The notes: generated by a model from the letters alone, not told the origin. A stretch of 64,000 nucleotides of DNA from Octopus vulgaris (GCA_951406725.2 OX597818.1:145762001-145826000), one strand, 5' to 3'. Numbered from the stretch's first letter, positions 12,051 through 25,238 are shown. Numbers and translations are program-made.

Positions 12051-12775
12051 GCGTGTTTAAAATTCAGCCTTGAATATAATAGATTCTAGAAAATAAAAGA
12101 ATATAATATCGTTATTTAATTTGAATGTCCCATGATAAAATCGATAGATGAAAAATGTTTGCAAAATATAGTTTAATCACTTCGAAGAAACGTACATTGA
12201 AGCAGTCGCTTGCACTTTCAATATATTGATTTCTTATATAAGTAAAAGACTTCAAATTTTAGGTGTGGTTGGAGTCGATTACTGGATGATACTTATTTTA
12301 TCGAACTAGGCAGGGGGAATATCAAAGTTGCCCTCAGTGTTCTCAGTGCAGAAAATAAACACACACACACACACATATACATATGCATTTGAAGAAAGAT
12401 TTTCTTGAAAAATTATCAATTCTATAAAAGATCTTAAATAAAAAACAAGACACAAATATTTTGGAAACAAGTGTCCGTAACATATAAACGCTTTCGCTGT
12501 TTACAGCGTTTCAAACACACGTGGTGTAATCTATATAGAGGAAGCTGTTTTTAGCAGCAATGTTGACTATTTCCGGTTTGGTTTCCGATTGAGAATTAAA
12601 CGTTTAATGTTAGAATAGCATTAGTTTCATAGCAGCTACGAATGCTTCTGCAGTTTTCTGCTTCAACCCGATTGTTATTTTATTTAAACTCATATATACC
12701 GATATTTTTATTGTCTTCTTCCGCTTTACTTGGCGAAATACATACCAACTTATCTTATCAATATTATGTAATTAC

Positions 12776-12915
12776 ATCAAATTCCGCCAAGGTCAACTTT
12801 GCCTTTCATCCTTTCGCGATTGATAAAATAAGTACCAATCGAGTATTGGGGTCGATATAATCGACTTATCCCCTCCCCCGAACTTACTAGCTTTGTGCCA
12901 AAATTTGAAAATAAT
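12776..12915 (+). mobile_element. Nin/Deu-type SINE fragment
   Basis: Family core present. Confidence 0.8.
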
Positions 12916-13294
12916 ATTATATATATGAATTCTCTGCAGCCATAGATTACATTTAACAGAACTACATATCGTCAATATTAAAACGTTGGTCTTAGAAAGC
13001 AGATAGCTGGGAGTTCGTATGTACTGCTGCATAAAAAATACGCCTGTGTGTGTATGTGTGTGTGTCTGTGTTATATTTGTCTCTCCATGTTCTGAGTTCA
13101 AATACCATGAGGATCTTATATTTCTTTAAGATTTAAGAAAATATGTAGCAGTCATGCGCAATGAGATTTTTTTTTTTTTTTTTTGAATGAATGTGTTACA
13201 GCATTTAGAGTAGTTTTTTATGTTCTGTGTTAAAATATGGCTGAGTTCAGTTTTGCTTTCCATTGCAGTTTGGAATAAACGTAATACTATAAGA

Positions 13295-13512
13295 AGGTGG
13301 CAAGTTGACAGAATCGTTGGCATGCCGAATAAAATGCTTAGCGGCATTTCTTCCGGTTTTACATTCTAAGTTCAAATTTGACTTTGCTTTTTCTCATTTA
13401 AGAGTCGCTAAACTAAGAACCACTCGATCGCTGGGGTCGATGTAATCGACTATCTCACCCCCACCCCACCACCCAAAATTTTAAGGCCTTTCGCCTTTTG
13501 TAGAAAGAATTA
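13295..13512 (+). mobile_element. Nin/Deu-type SINE, near full length
   Basis: aggtggcaagttgacagaatcgttggcatgccg head, followed by core and tail. Confidence 0.8.
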
Positions 13513-13555
13513 TTCTATTGAAAGAAACCATTGTTATAAAACTTCAACAAAGAAT

Positions 13556-13706
13556 CTTTTCTGCTCTAGGCACAAGGCCCGAAATTTTGGGGGTAGGGGC
13601 CAGTCGATTACATCGACTTCAGTACGCAACTGGTACTTAATTTATTGACCCGAAAGGATGAGAGGCAAAATCGACCTCGGCGGAATTTGAACTCGGGACG
13701 TAAAAC
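13556..13706 (-). mobile_element. 5'-truncated Nin/Deu-type SINE with a 17-bp TSD
   Basis: aaacttcaacaaagaat occurs at both 13539-13555 and 13707-13723. Confidence 0.85.
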
Positions 13707-14686
13707 AAACTTCAACAAAGAATGGTTTAAAACATTTTTGCAATGTATGCAAGATACAAAGAAACCAATTTAAACTGAATTTGCGTTTTTATAAATTGCA
13801 ACAGAATTATTTGAAAAAAGAAAAAAAGTAGAATAATGGTGGGAACAATTCTTTATCAAATGTATTCAGGCCCATAAGAACACTTGAACTCAACATCTAC
13901 TGGCTAACAAAACATTCATCAATTTTACAATGTTCTTACTTCTTACAAAAGTGACGGGTGTAAACCTATATTGCTTATATACAATTAATCATTGAGTTTG
14001 AGGATTATTTTCCATAGACGCGAATGCAAACTATTTACTTAGATGGTTTGTATTCAAGCTTTTATGAAATCAACCAGAAATGACTCTCCATAAAATCTGC
14101 TGTTTTGCACAGTTTCTCATAAAAGCATTGATTATATTAAAACATATTTAAAATTAGAATCTTTTTAGGCATGCTTTCTAGGTTAATCCCAATGGAGCTA
14201 ATTTTGCATTTCATTTTTAACAAAATGATACCAGTAATATACTAATGTTTATTTATTTAACTATACTCCACCACTGCAAAATTTGTACTTATACAGTGTG
14301 GTAAACAATCGATTTTAAGATCTTTCGTCAGAATCTATTAATAAATAACAGTTACTTTACATTGCTTTCAATGAATTTGTTAACCTACGTCAGTTACAAC
14401 TTTTGTTATTATAATGAAAATTAATGAAATATTCATAAACATCTTTTTGTCAAGGAAGGATTTGCGGTATTAGAAAATTAATTGCACAGACAAAACCTCC
14501 TCAGATCCCCCTTAATGAATTAGTTGCCTATAGACTAACTTTCAGATTAACATCAATTCTACGGTCATTCACTAAACAGCAGTAATTGGTTTTAGGCAAA
14601 ACAATTATCAGCCAAAGAAACTGAAGTTACGTAAACTGATGAAAATAATTGGCTGCCATTCAAGGTTCATGAAAAAAAATGATGTC

Positions 14687-14702
14687 AACAACAACAACAA
14701 CA

Positions 14703-14772
<70 letters not shown>

Positions 14773-14791
14773 TAATAACAATAACAACAAC

Positions 14792-14847
<56 letters not shown>

Positions 14848-14857
14848 TAATAATAAT
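14687..14857. repeat. (TAA/CAA)n microsatellite
   Basis: Seen directly. Confidence 0.97.
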
Positions 14858-14978
14858 GCAAAAAGCAGCCTTAGTGGGCAGAGCGCACATCTTAAGGAAA
14901 GTATTATCTATCTGGGGTCCTTGTGACTTGACATACGACTAAAGACGCTGGTGCATTTTTTCCTACACTGTGTTACGA

Positions 14979-14980
<2 letters not shown>
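14858..14980 (+). mobile_element. R4/Dong LINE extreme 3' end
   Basis: Translates QKAALVGRAHILRKVLSI, paralogous to QKIALLGTAHILRRTLSI at ~27240-27295. It sits inside (TAA)n. Confidence 0.85.
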
Positions 14981-15029
<49 letters not shown>

Positions 15030-15049
15030 TATAATAATAATAATAATAA

Positions 15050-15285
15050 GCGTATATTACTTCTTTATACTCTTCTCGGGTCCATTTGCTCCGCTTACAT
15101 TTTTCTTTCTGTGGTGGTTGTGGTGGTGAACTTGGAGGGCTCGAGTTGGGGAATTTCCCGTTCAAGTGACCATCCATGTCCGTATTCGGAGAAGAGTTTG
15201 TGCCAGTTGATGACTTTTCGATCCCAGGCTGGCTCTTCCCTGGGGGACGCGCTTCCAGATTAACCATAGGACAAGCGATTTGGTA
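15050..15285 (-). mobile_element. Inverted 5' segment (ORF N-terminus) of an R4/Dong LINE
   Basis: MVNLEARPPG...KRSKWTREEYKEVIYAYY. The KWT.EE...Y motif resembles R4/Dong ORF N-termini. Confidence 0.7.
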
Positions 15286-15632
15286 TAATGTGGCATCTCA
15301 AGGCGGTTACAATACCAGTGATCGTAGGAGCACTAGGAATGATCAAGAAGGGAACCGAAAATTATATGAGAATGATCCCTGGCTTACCATCCCTGCAAGA
15401 AGTGCAAAAGATTGTCTTAACTGGTACATCACACGTATTGAGAAGAGCATTGTCGCTGTGAGAGCTGTTACTGCCCATGTATTTTAATTTAACGCTAAAA
15501 AAAAATTTTTTAAATGAACGAACTATTGAGTTTGGTTTAATGGCCTACCAATGTATACTATGAGTTTCTTTGCCCTAGGAGTCGGGAAGATGCTCGGCAA
15601 GAAATGGAAGCAAATTTGAAAGAAGAAAAAAA
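15286..15632 (+). mobile_element. R4/Dong LINE 3' end (RLE C-terminus plus 3' UTR)
   Basis: MWHLKAVTIPVIVGALGMIKKGTENYMRMIPGLPSLQEVQKIVLTGTSHVLRRALSL*, closely similar to 61475-61645. It ends in (TAA)n. Confidence 0.9.
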
Positions 15633-16009
15633 TAATAATAATAATGATGATAATAATAATAATAAAGGCACATTCAGTAGTGATTATTAAAATAAAGCTG
15701 TGTACTTAACACATTCATATACACTTCAGTGCAGAAATTCCTTCGTTGCTGTAACAATCTTCGATGATAAATTCACTTTATAGACAATGCGTATGAAAAA
15801 CACTAGAGATGGATTATGAATGATCGGACTGTAGAATACGCATTTCTACGTCGTTACAATTCACCAGCCAGAACCAAATCTGTCACTCGTAGCCCACAAA
15901 GAACTTCCGCTCTTATATGCAAACAGCAAATAATAAAATTTGCTAGCGTGTGCAAAGCTTTATAAAGCAAAGGTTAATTAAAGGCATATTATAAAGCAGT
16001 AATTAACAA

Positions 16010-16350
16010 TTCACAGTGAAGTGAAACAAGGCTGTGTGTGCTCGCCCTCACCTTATTTGGCATGTCTTTTGCTGTCATGCTGACAGTATTTACTTCCACA
16101 CAAGACCAAACTGGAGCCTGGTCAGTCTATCTCGATTGAGTATGCAAAATGCTCATCAAGGGCACGCGGTTTATATATAAAGTGGCATGTGCAACACACT
16201 CTGAGGGACAACTGTAATGCCTCATGGGCAATCTTACAAGAGCCTGTCAAATCTTCGGCTTGACCATCAGTCTGGAGGCAAAATTACTGGGTCAATATGC
16301 TGAGCATTTGCGTACCTACACCACCAATTAAAGCCTATTCATACAAAAAC
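16010..16350 (+). mobile_element. Degraded RTE (BovB-like) RT fragment
   Basis: VKQGCVLALTLFGMSFAVML ... ACQIFGLTIS. Confidence 0.75.
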
Positions 16351-16464
16351 GTGTTACAAGGAGATTGCAAAAGCAACTGCGGTCGTACATACAAAGTTGT
16401 GTAAAAAAAATCGAGGGTTGGGGCAAAATATGTTATACAATATATTATGATATATTAATTTTTC

Positions 16465-16620
16465 CAGCAGTGTGGTTAGACGCTTGCTTCTTAACCACAT
16501 TGTTCTGGGTTCAGTCCCACTGCGTGATACTTTGGGCAAGTGTCTTCTACTGTAGCATCGGGTCGACCATAGCCTTGTGTGTGGATTTGGTAGGCGGAAA
16601 CTGAAACAAGCCTGTCGTAT

Positions 16621-16625
<5 letters not shown>
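16465..16625 (+). mobile_element. CORE-type SINE 5' half; its 3' half is probably at 17940-18110
   Basis: gtgtggttagacgcttgc...gggttcagtcccactgcgtgatactttgggcaagtgtc, the same family as 40140-40535. Confidence 0.85.
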
Positions 16626-16681
<56 letters not shown>

Positions 16682-16690
<9 letters not shown>

Positions 16691-17134
16691 TTAGAGATAA
16701 AACCACTATTAGGCAAATCATACAATGAAAAACTTAAGCCAATACATAAGATTAATTAATTTATATTATTTAAATATATATCAAAATTATTAAAAAAGAT
16801 AATTAATATAACACTACGATCGTTTCATGGCTGTTCAATTCTTAAAATTTTCGAGTTACAGTCATTCTTCAGGTGGTTTACATATTTAACTTGGCGAGGT
16901 TTAATCAATGATTAAACCTCGCCAAGTTAAATATGTAAACCACCTGAAGAATGACTGTAACTCGAAAATTTTAAGAATTGAACAGCCATGAAACGATCGT
17001 AGTGTTATATTAATTATCTTTTTTAATAATTTTGATATATATTTAAATAATATAAATTAATTAATCTTATGTATTGGCTTAAGTTTTTCATTGTATGATT
17101 TGCCTAATAGTGGTTTTATCTCTAATTTAATATA
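16682..17134. repeat. Perfect palindrome with 226-bp arms and a 1-nt spacer at 16908; probable inverted Penelope-like pLTR
   Basis: The arms read as exact reverse complements around gaggtttaatca-a-tgattaaacctc. It is embedded in (TA)n. Confidence 0.92.
16933..17010 (+). ncRNA. Type I hammerhead ribozyme motif (mirror copy on the minus strand at 16806-16883)
   Basis: CTGAAGA at 16944-50; stem II ATGaCTGT/ACAGcCAT; GAAA at 16990-93; palindromic stem III CGATCG; GUA cleavage triplet; stem I CAC/GTG plus ATGTAA/TTATAT. Confidence 0.75.
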
Positions 17135-17480
17135 ATATAATATTTTACTATAAAATTAGATTCAATCCTAAATCTGATTTTTCCCTGTAAGTTTGGATTT
17201 ATTCCCTAATATTTTATTATTAATTTATATATATATATATATATGAAGTAAACAACAAATGGAGAAATATTGATCAGCAACAATTGACTAACATCAGTAT
17301 TTCCCCATTTTCTATTTAAATGAAATTCTTGATAAACTCATGTTTATTTTGTCATTACCTGTAACCTATGAGCATAATGCGCTTGCATATATATGTCCAG
17401 GGTTAACATAGGTAATTATACGGGAAGTATAACGGCTATTTTTAACCCTTAGACGGTTATTCCAACCTTTAACTCTACTA

Positions 17481-17541
<61 letters not shown>

Positions 17542-17616
17542 ATGTATGTATGTATGTATGTATGTATGTATGTATGCATATGCTTGTATATGCATCTATC
17601 TATCTATCTCTCTGTC

Positions 17617-17659
<43 letters not shown>

Positions 17660-17939
17660 ATATATATATACATGAAAATATAAATATTATTAAAAGAATA
17701 TTAATATCCAGCACCATATAATTATAATGATAAAAATATAAAGCAGGTGTACACGAAGTACGATCATTGCTAGAAACAGCAGCCGGTAAGTTTACGGCGC
17801 AATGTTTACAGGCAGAGATGTGTGCGGGCGGTGAATATAGGAAAACTCTGTATATATGTATGTATGTATGTATGTACGTATGTATGTATGTATGTATGTA
17901 GACATGTATATATGTATGCATGCATGTGTGTATGTCTCT

Positions 17940-18110
17940 ATATCTGTGTTTGTCCACCTCCTCCGCTTGACAACTGATGGTGGTGTGTCTACGTCCCTTT
18001 AGCTTGTCAGTTCGGTACAAATAAGCCCTAGGGTCGATTTGTTCGACTAAAACCTTTCAGAGCAGTCAAATTAATGCAGTCAAATTAATGAAACAAGTGA
18101 AAGATAAAAG
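17940..18110 (+). mobile_element. CORE-type SINE, 3' half
   Basis: tgtgtttgtcc...gcttgacaactgatg...gtcgatttgttcgactaaaa...gaaacaagtgaaagataaaag. Confidence 0.75.
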
Positions 18111-19995
18111 ATAAATATGTAAGTTAATGTAAAAATATACGTAGATAAAATTAAATTGATTAAAACACAGATCAAATAATGGCAACCCATCCACACACGG
18201 ATGAGGGGCCGCCACGTTTGATGCTGGAAATTAGGACCCTTCTGCTTTCATTTCTCGAAAAGTCGATTGTACAACCCAGATGTCGCAAGGGGGTAGAAAA
18301 GACCCTCCCTTTTGGTGATTGAAATGTAACAGTTAACAGCCATTTAATTTGGTATTCAGCAACAGACTGCGCCATCTCAATCGGAATCCACAAATCGCAA
18401 ATCTATACTTGATCTTTTTCTAAGTCCTCTTGCATAACTGCTCAAGAGAAAATGGGTCCTTTTCGCACGATCTGCTCACCTTTTGTCTGGATTCCTTTTG
18501 ATTTTTGTAAGAATTACACAGAGAATTACTCCTGGTAATTCTCTGTGTAATTCTGCTGCGCCTGGTAATTCTCTGTGTTCTCATTGTCGTAAGGGGACAG
18601 GGGTGGTACTGTTGTTTGTAGTCAAAGGAAGTGACCTCCAAGCTGTCGGCTTCTGGTATTAAGGGAGGAGCGATTTATTTGATTATACACGAAGCTGCAA
18701 CTAGTAGTGCGACTGGTGATGCTCTGAAAACAATAACTTCTGGGAAATATTGTTGTTGAATCCTTTGCGGTTAGTTTCTTTCTCTGTTTTCCCAAATACT
18801 ATAGGCAGAAAGCTAACTCAGTAAATAATAAAAATACATGAATCTGGCCTGGTTGAGGTGTTGATTTAAAACTTAGTGATAACCAGCATCACGCCTTTGG
18901 GGATGCAGAAAGTGAGTTTGTTGCAAGAAATTGTAACTGCATATACATTTTCCTAAGGAAAATTTCTTTTTGCATGTCATCGAGTTTAGTGGGCGTATGA
19001 CAATGGTAAGCATTAAAATAATAGCCCATAAAAACACTTTTTCCCCATCAATGACATTTTCACTTATATATGTGTTTATGTATGCACAAGCGTATGTATG
19101 CATGTATGTATGTATTGTGTGTGCGTGCGTGCGTGCATGTTCCATCTCAAAGACGAATTGTGGATTAAAATAATGTGATTTCTCGTTTTCTCTGTAGAAA
19201 TATCTGAACGTATGTCTTTGCGTAAAGTGTATGTGTTAATGTCAGAAATTGTCTCCATTTCATGAATGAAGGAAAATTACTTTTCTGTGTTGATACAATA
19301 ATCGATATTCTTTTAGGTTTTCAGTGTTCCACGGGCTAGTAATGAACTAAAAGTTATTTTAAAAATAATAAAAAAATACAATTTGTAATAAAGAGGGAAC
19401 ATTTCTCCGATACAGTGTTTCTGCTAATATGTTGAAACACGAGACAGATTTTCCATTTTAGTATGATGTACGCCAACATGTGTATGTATGTCTGAAGAAG
19501 AAAGAGATAGGATGAGTGTATGTGTGTAGGCGTATGTGTGTGCTTGCATATGTATGTAGGTGTATGTGTGTGTAGGTGTGTATGCGTGCGCGTATGTGCC
19601 TGTAGGTTGGTGTATGTGTGCGTGTATGTATGTGTACGTGTCTGTGTTGCTGAAACTGATTTTCAGACATTTTCACACCTTTCTCACGTGTGCTTTCGTC
19701 ATTTTCAACAAGTGACCATATTTATTGTTGAACTCAATAAAATAGTGACATGGGATTTTCTAGAGATTTCATAGAGTGCAAACAACTACTTATGATTGAA
19801 ACTTAAGTATCTCGGTTATACGGAATAAAAAATATACCAGATACTGCCAGCGATATTGATCCTCTCAAATTGTTATATGCTCTCACAATATCAGATGTCT
19901 ATGTGTGTGTGTATGCGTGCATATATATATATATAAGCATGTGAGTGTATATGTATGTGTGTATGCATGTGTGGGATGTGTATTCATGTGCACAT

Positions 19996-20037
<42 letters not shown>

Positions 20038-20097
20038 TTAATCTAAACAAGAAAGCACAAAAACACAACGCGAGGACGTGGAACAAATATAGTATTA

Positions 20098-20133
<36 letters not shown>

Positions 20134-20169
20134 TGTATGTATGTATGTATGTATGTATATATGCATGCT

Positions 20170-20480
20170 GATGTCAAACAGTGAGAATGACTACCGAACA
20201 CCACATTGGTGTATAAATATTCTTTATTTGCGAGTTAACAAGGTTACCGATGGTTTCATGTAGAAATAAATTTCACGACAATTATCAAGCCTGTCACATG
20301 GGAACGTTCGTACTTGTCTCCTTCTTGGTTGAGAGTACATGAAGTTACATGAGACTGTATGGGATTTTAGGATAAATAAATATGCAAATCATGGGAGGTA
20401 ATTTATAGGAAAATCCTAATTGCTGTCTCCCTTGCATTAGCCCTGATATCTTTGAAATGAGCTGCGTTCACCGTGGATTG
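20170..20480 (-). mobile_element. Probable Penelope-like terminal (pLTR) remnant
   Basis: The reverse strand has a degenerate hammerhead-like cttgataat...catgaaaccatcggta, downstream of the PLE ORF remnant. Confidence 0.45.
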
Positions 20481-20754
20481 ATTAATTACTTAATTTTCTT
20501 GTGTGAGAACGATCGTGAACGTCCAAGTTTATAAATACACACGAATGTGTACATGAACATCCGTATAAAAGATGTGCGCACACACACATACATACATACA
20601 CACATACATGCTTGCATATGGATATACATACATATGCAAATACATATACACATAAATACACACTTGCATTATGCGATTTGTTCGTGTATGTGTATGTACA
20701 CATGTTCACAGGTTTTGACGCCAAACTTCATCCATGAAGTTGTAAATTTATGTT

Positions 20755-20793
<39 letters not shown>

Positions 20794-20929
20794 CCATGAA
20801 TCATGTGATGTCATAAATACGTGCATTGCACACATAGCAGAGTAATGAGAGAATATAGCATAAGTTTATGGGGGGGTGTATCTTCTATACATAATATTCA
20901 TGTAAGATATATATAATTAATATCAAGAA

Positions 20930-21960
20930 AAGAAATTACTCAGGTTGGAGCGATGGAGAAATGGATGTCGGTCATGCTTGAAATTTCAGAGTATGAATTG
21001 ACGCTTGTGCATGCAGGCAGAGAAGGTTTCCTCCTTAATGTCTAAAACGTTCACTGTTAGTGTTAATAATATTTAGTTTTTCAGTAACGCAGAGATTGCC
21101 TTTGCTGCCCCACTTCCCTGCATTTGCTGGCCTTAACTTATAATGCTCCAGTTTATATGGGGCTTTCTCACTCTTCTCTCTTTAAGTGTCAATACCATAT
21201 CAGATAAAGATGTTCTATATCTTCTGGGGTTTTTTTTTTTTTATCTCTGAACGAAACCAAAAGCTGCACATATCTTTCTTTGAATGTTTTTCCTATCATT
21301 CCAAAGTAAGTTTTTATTGTTCCGTTCAATTCTGTAATGTTGTCCTTGTATACTAATTATTTTCCCAGGCACCTATTGTTTAGGCGACAGTTATCCGGAG
21401 ATCTGAAATTACAAGAGCTTTGGAGAATGTGCCAAATGTTATAATTTTTATTGTTAGACCTTTCTGATGCGGCGTTGTAGTGTGGGGTAGGCTTTTTGAA
21501 AGTAGCTTATCAGCAGAAAGGTTTGAAACACGCCTACTAATGCGATTAACTAATTGTTTGATAATTGACTGTTGGTGATTAGAATTTATATCATTATAGG
21601 GGGAATCCTCATTTAGTTTATGGTAGGATTTAAATTTGCCTATACTGAGACACATATTAATGTCGAGGAAATTAACCTCTTTAAGGTTTGTATTAATTGT
21701 AGTTCTTCGATAATTCTTTCTAAATTTTATCCATAATGTGCCCATTTTTGTTATATACTAACCCAAGACCGTCGTCCGGATATAACTTTACATCAGTTTC
21801 TTTTATCTTTTTCTTAAGGACATCTACGATGTGAAAGCCAGCTAGATCCGCTATCTCTGCACAGCCAGAGTGACATCAAATAGCTTATCCTCATTCTTTT
21901 CTACTCAATAAGAATTATCATAAAAAATGATGACTTCTTTGCTTTCATTATAATTACTAT
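20930..21960 (-). mobile_element. Degraded Penelope-like element (RT plus GIY-YIG endonuclease)
   Basis: LYPDDGLG (YRDD-like) at ~21760-21786, then NLKEVNFLDI...INSNHQQSIIKQLVNRISRRVSNLS, then LVYKDNITE...KTYFGMIGKTFKERY (GIY-YIG-like). Confidence 0.88.
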
Positions 21961-22227
21961 ATCAGTATAAGTGACGGTTGCATGTGCTTTATCAAACTCA
22001 AGTGCCTTTTGAAGCAAGCTTTTGGAGATCGAAGGATAAAATCTCCACGATTTAATCAACTCAAAGTTGATTCAATTATGTTTTGGAAATGTTATCGACT
22101 AACAGTTTGTTATGTGTGTGGTAATTTACCTCAAAGACATTTTTTGTTTTATCTGCTTTTATGGGTGTGTTTGGGTTTTTTTCAAAAGTTCAAAAGAAAT
22201 GCTTGTAGTTTTACTCATTACTCTCCT

Positions 22228-22430
22228 TTACTTATTTCAGTCATGTAATTGTGGCCATGCTGGAGCACCGCCTTTAGTCGAGCAAATCGACCCCAGGACT
22301 TACTCTTTGTAAGCCTAGTACTTATTCTATCGGCCTCTTTTGCCGAACCGTTAAGTTACGGGGACGTAAACACACTACCATCGGTTGTCAAGCGATGTTG
22401 GGGGAGGGACAAACACAGTCACACAAACAT

Positions 22431-22503
<73 letters not shown>

Positions 22504-22660
22504 TATATACGACGGGCTTCTTTCAGTTTCCGTCTACCAGATCCACTCACAAGGCTTTGGTCGGCCCGAGGCTATAGTAGAAGACACTTGCCCAAGGTAT
22601 CACGTAGTGGGACTGAACCTGGAACCATGTGGTTCGTAAGCAAGCTACATACCACACAAC
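22228..22660 (-). mobile_element. Full-length CORE-type tRNA-derived SINE with internal (TA)n/(TG)n
   Basis: Head and B-box (ggttcagtccc), core (accttgggcaagtg), and tail ending gaaataagtaa. Confidence 0.9.
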
Positions 22661-23564
22661 CACTGAAGTTGTTAGATCTATGGTTGAATTTGTCATTTTT
22701 AACTAATTTGTACCACCAACAATTCACACTTCAAAATTTCAAACACAACCTCACACACACACTCACACACACTTCTCCATCCCTTCGAACTGGATGAGTT
22801 CTCCTCTGGACATCGATTATATGCATTATATGAAGATTATGCATAAAAGACACACACACACCTCCGTATACTTAAGCTGGATTCCCTCATTACACAAATA
22901 TATGCGCATTACATTCATGAACATTACATGATTCACAGAAAATATACATATATACACAAACTTATAAATTTACAATCCCCTGGACCAAGTTCAACGTCAA
23001 AATCTGTGATACTCCACAATTATGTGCGCATATGCACGCGCGCCTCTGTGTATGTGTGTGCGCGCGAGTGTGTGCTTGTATGCATGTCTATACATATGTA
23101 TATGTATGTATATATGTACATATATGCATTCTGTGAATTCGTGTGTGTGGACACCTGTATGTGTTTGTGGGCGCACCTGTTTTGTATGGACGTTCATGAA
23201 CATATACGTGTGTATTTATATATATAAATTTGGACGAGCACGTACATTCTCACAAAATGATTCAGGAAATAATCAATCTATGATGAACGCATTTCATTAC
23301 AAAGATACTCGGGGCTAGTGCAAGAGAAGCAAGTATTATTTTCCAATAAATTACCTCGCCTGATCTCTATATTTACTTATCCCTAAATTCCGTACAGTCT
23401 CGTTTATTCTCATCCAAGATAGAAACGAATACCAATGTTCCCAAATGGCAGGTTTGATCATTTTAAAAGACATTTTCCCACATGAAACCATTGACAGACT
23501 TGTTAACTCACAAATAAAGTATATGTATGTGTGTGTGCGTGTATATATGTAAATATATAAATAT

Positions 23565-24056
23565 CCATGAGCATTTTACCAAGATGGTAACACTGTGCAG
23601 ACAAGTAGCTGGATGGATTTTAAGATCCTTCAGAACCAGGAAGAGGGCTACCATGCTACTCTTATGGAGAACTTTCATTCTCAGTCACGGCAGAGCATCA
23701 AACTAGTGGTGGAACTTGAAGCAATCCAATGCCACTGTACAAAAAGTTTGACTCAGGGAAGCAGGTGAGCTACTGGGAGAGGCTAAAGGAACTGGAGCTC
23801 TGCTCCCTGGAGAGAAGTCATGAAAGATATGCTGTGATATACACATGGAAGATGCTGGAAGGTCTAACTCCCAACTTTGAAAGTCATACAAGCCACTAAG
23901 CTGGACAACATTGCATAGCACCAAAGATCCCATCTTCTCCATCTAGTATAAGGGCCCAGTACTGTAACAGTTTGAGTTTCAAGGGTTCACAACTATTCAA
24001 CATTCAGTCACAAACCTCAGGGATTTGTGAGGTATAGACGTGGAGGGCTTCAAAGA
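23565..24056 (+). mobile_element. CR1-clade LINE C-terminal fragment
   Basis: AGWILRSFRTR ... SYWERLKELELCSLERSHERYAVIYTWKMLEGL, paralogous to the ORF at 32000-33796. Confidence 0.85.
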
Positions 24057-24450
24057 ATCATCATCATCATCATCATCGTTTAACGTCCGTTTTCCGCGCT
24101 AGCACAGGTTGGACGGAAAAAATAGCGTGTTAGACAGCGCCTGTGGTTTCAAGGTAGGAAGAATTCACATAGAGTTCAGATTCACGAAGTAACCACACGG
24201 CGAACAAACTTTTATCTGAGATACCAGACAAGCCCATATCATGGCAGGAGGTTCAAAGAAGAGCAGCTCCATCCAGCTTCCTACATCACCAGAAACAGTA
24301 CAGAAAAGCAGAAAAGCAGCCCAAACACACAGAAGGGCAATACTCAGCATGGCCTCAGCCTCTCGCTGAAACCAGTCAAAGGGAAATAATAAAAGATATA
24401 TATATATATATATACATACATATATGTATATATATATATATATGTACATA

Positions 24451-24530
<80 letters not shown>

Positions 24531-24605
24531 CACACATACATACATACATACATACATGTGAATTTGAATATATCCCATGTTTTATAGATATCTACAGTAT
24601 ATTAC

Positions 24606-24709
<104 letters not shown>

Positions 24710-25238
24710 CCTTCTTTAATTGAACCACTCAAATGCCAAAATGTATCTAAATTTAGATCTTTAAACACTATAATTTATCTTCAAAAATCAAAAACACTTG
24801 CAGCGAACACAAACAACCGCATCATTAGAAAGCAACACAGCTTCCGGATTGATGTAGAGAAATTTTTGGACCATTCACAAAATCTCACAGCATGGAAGCA
24901 TATAAACTACATCTGACCTCGAAGGCATTACGTTTACTTTTGAAACATCAGAACAGATATATCTCTTCTCTCCAAACAAATCAAACAGGAAAAAAAGAAG
25001 GAAAACATGAAAACAATATAGTAAACAAAGTAATTTCTGAATCTTGACATGAAAATGTTTCTCCGTCCATCAGTCAGTCTGTCAGCTTTCGTTTGTTGTT
25101 TTCTTTTAAATCGTCTTCTTTCTTATCTTCTTCTTACTCATTCTATTCCTTATCTACTTCCGAGAGCTTCGTTAAAGACTACTGTCTTCTTCCAAATCAC
25201 TTTTTAAAAACGAGTGAACCAACTTCGGTTTTAGTTAT

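Noticed and set aside
14608-14942. Poly-N, poly-I and poly-L ORFs (also at 25.8, 27.4 and 61.6-62 kb)
   Set aside because: They are (TAA)n microsatellite translations.
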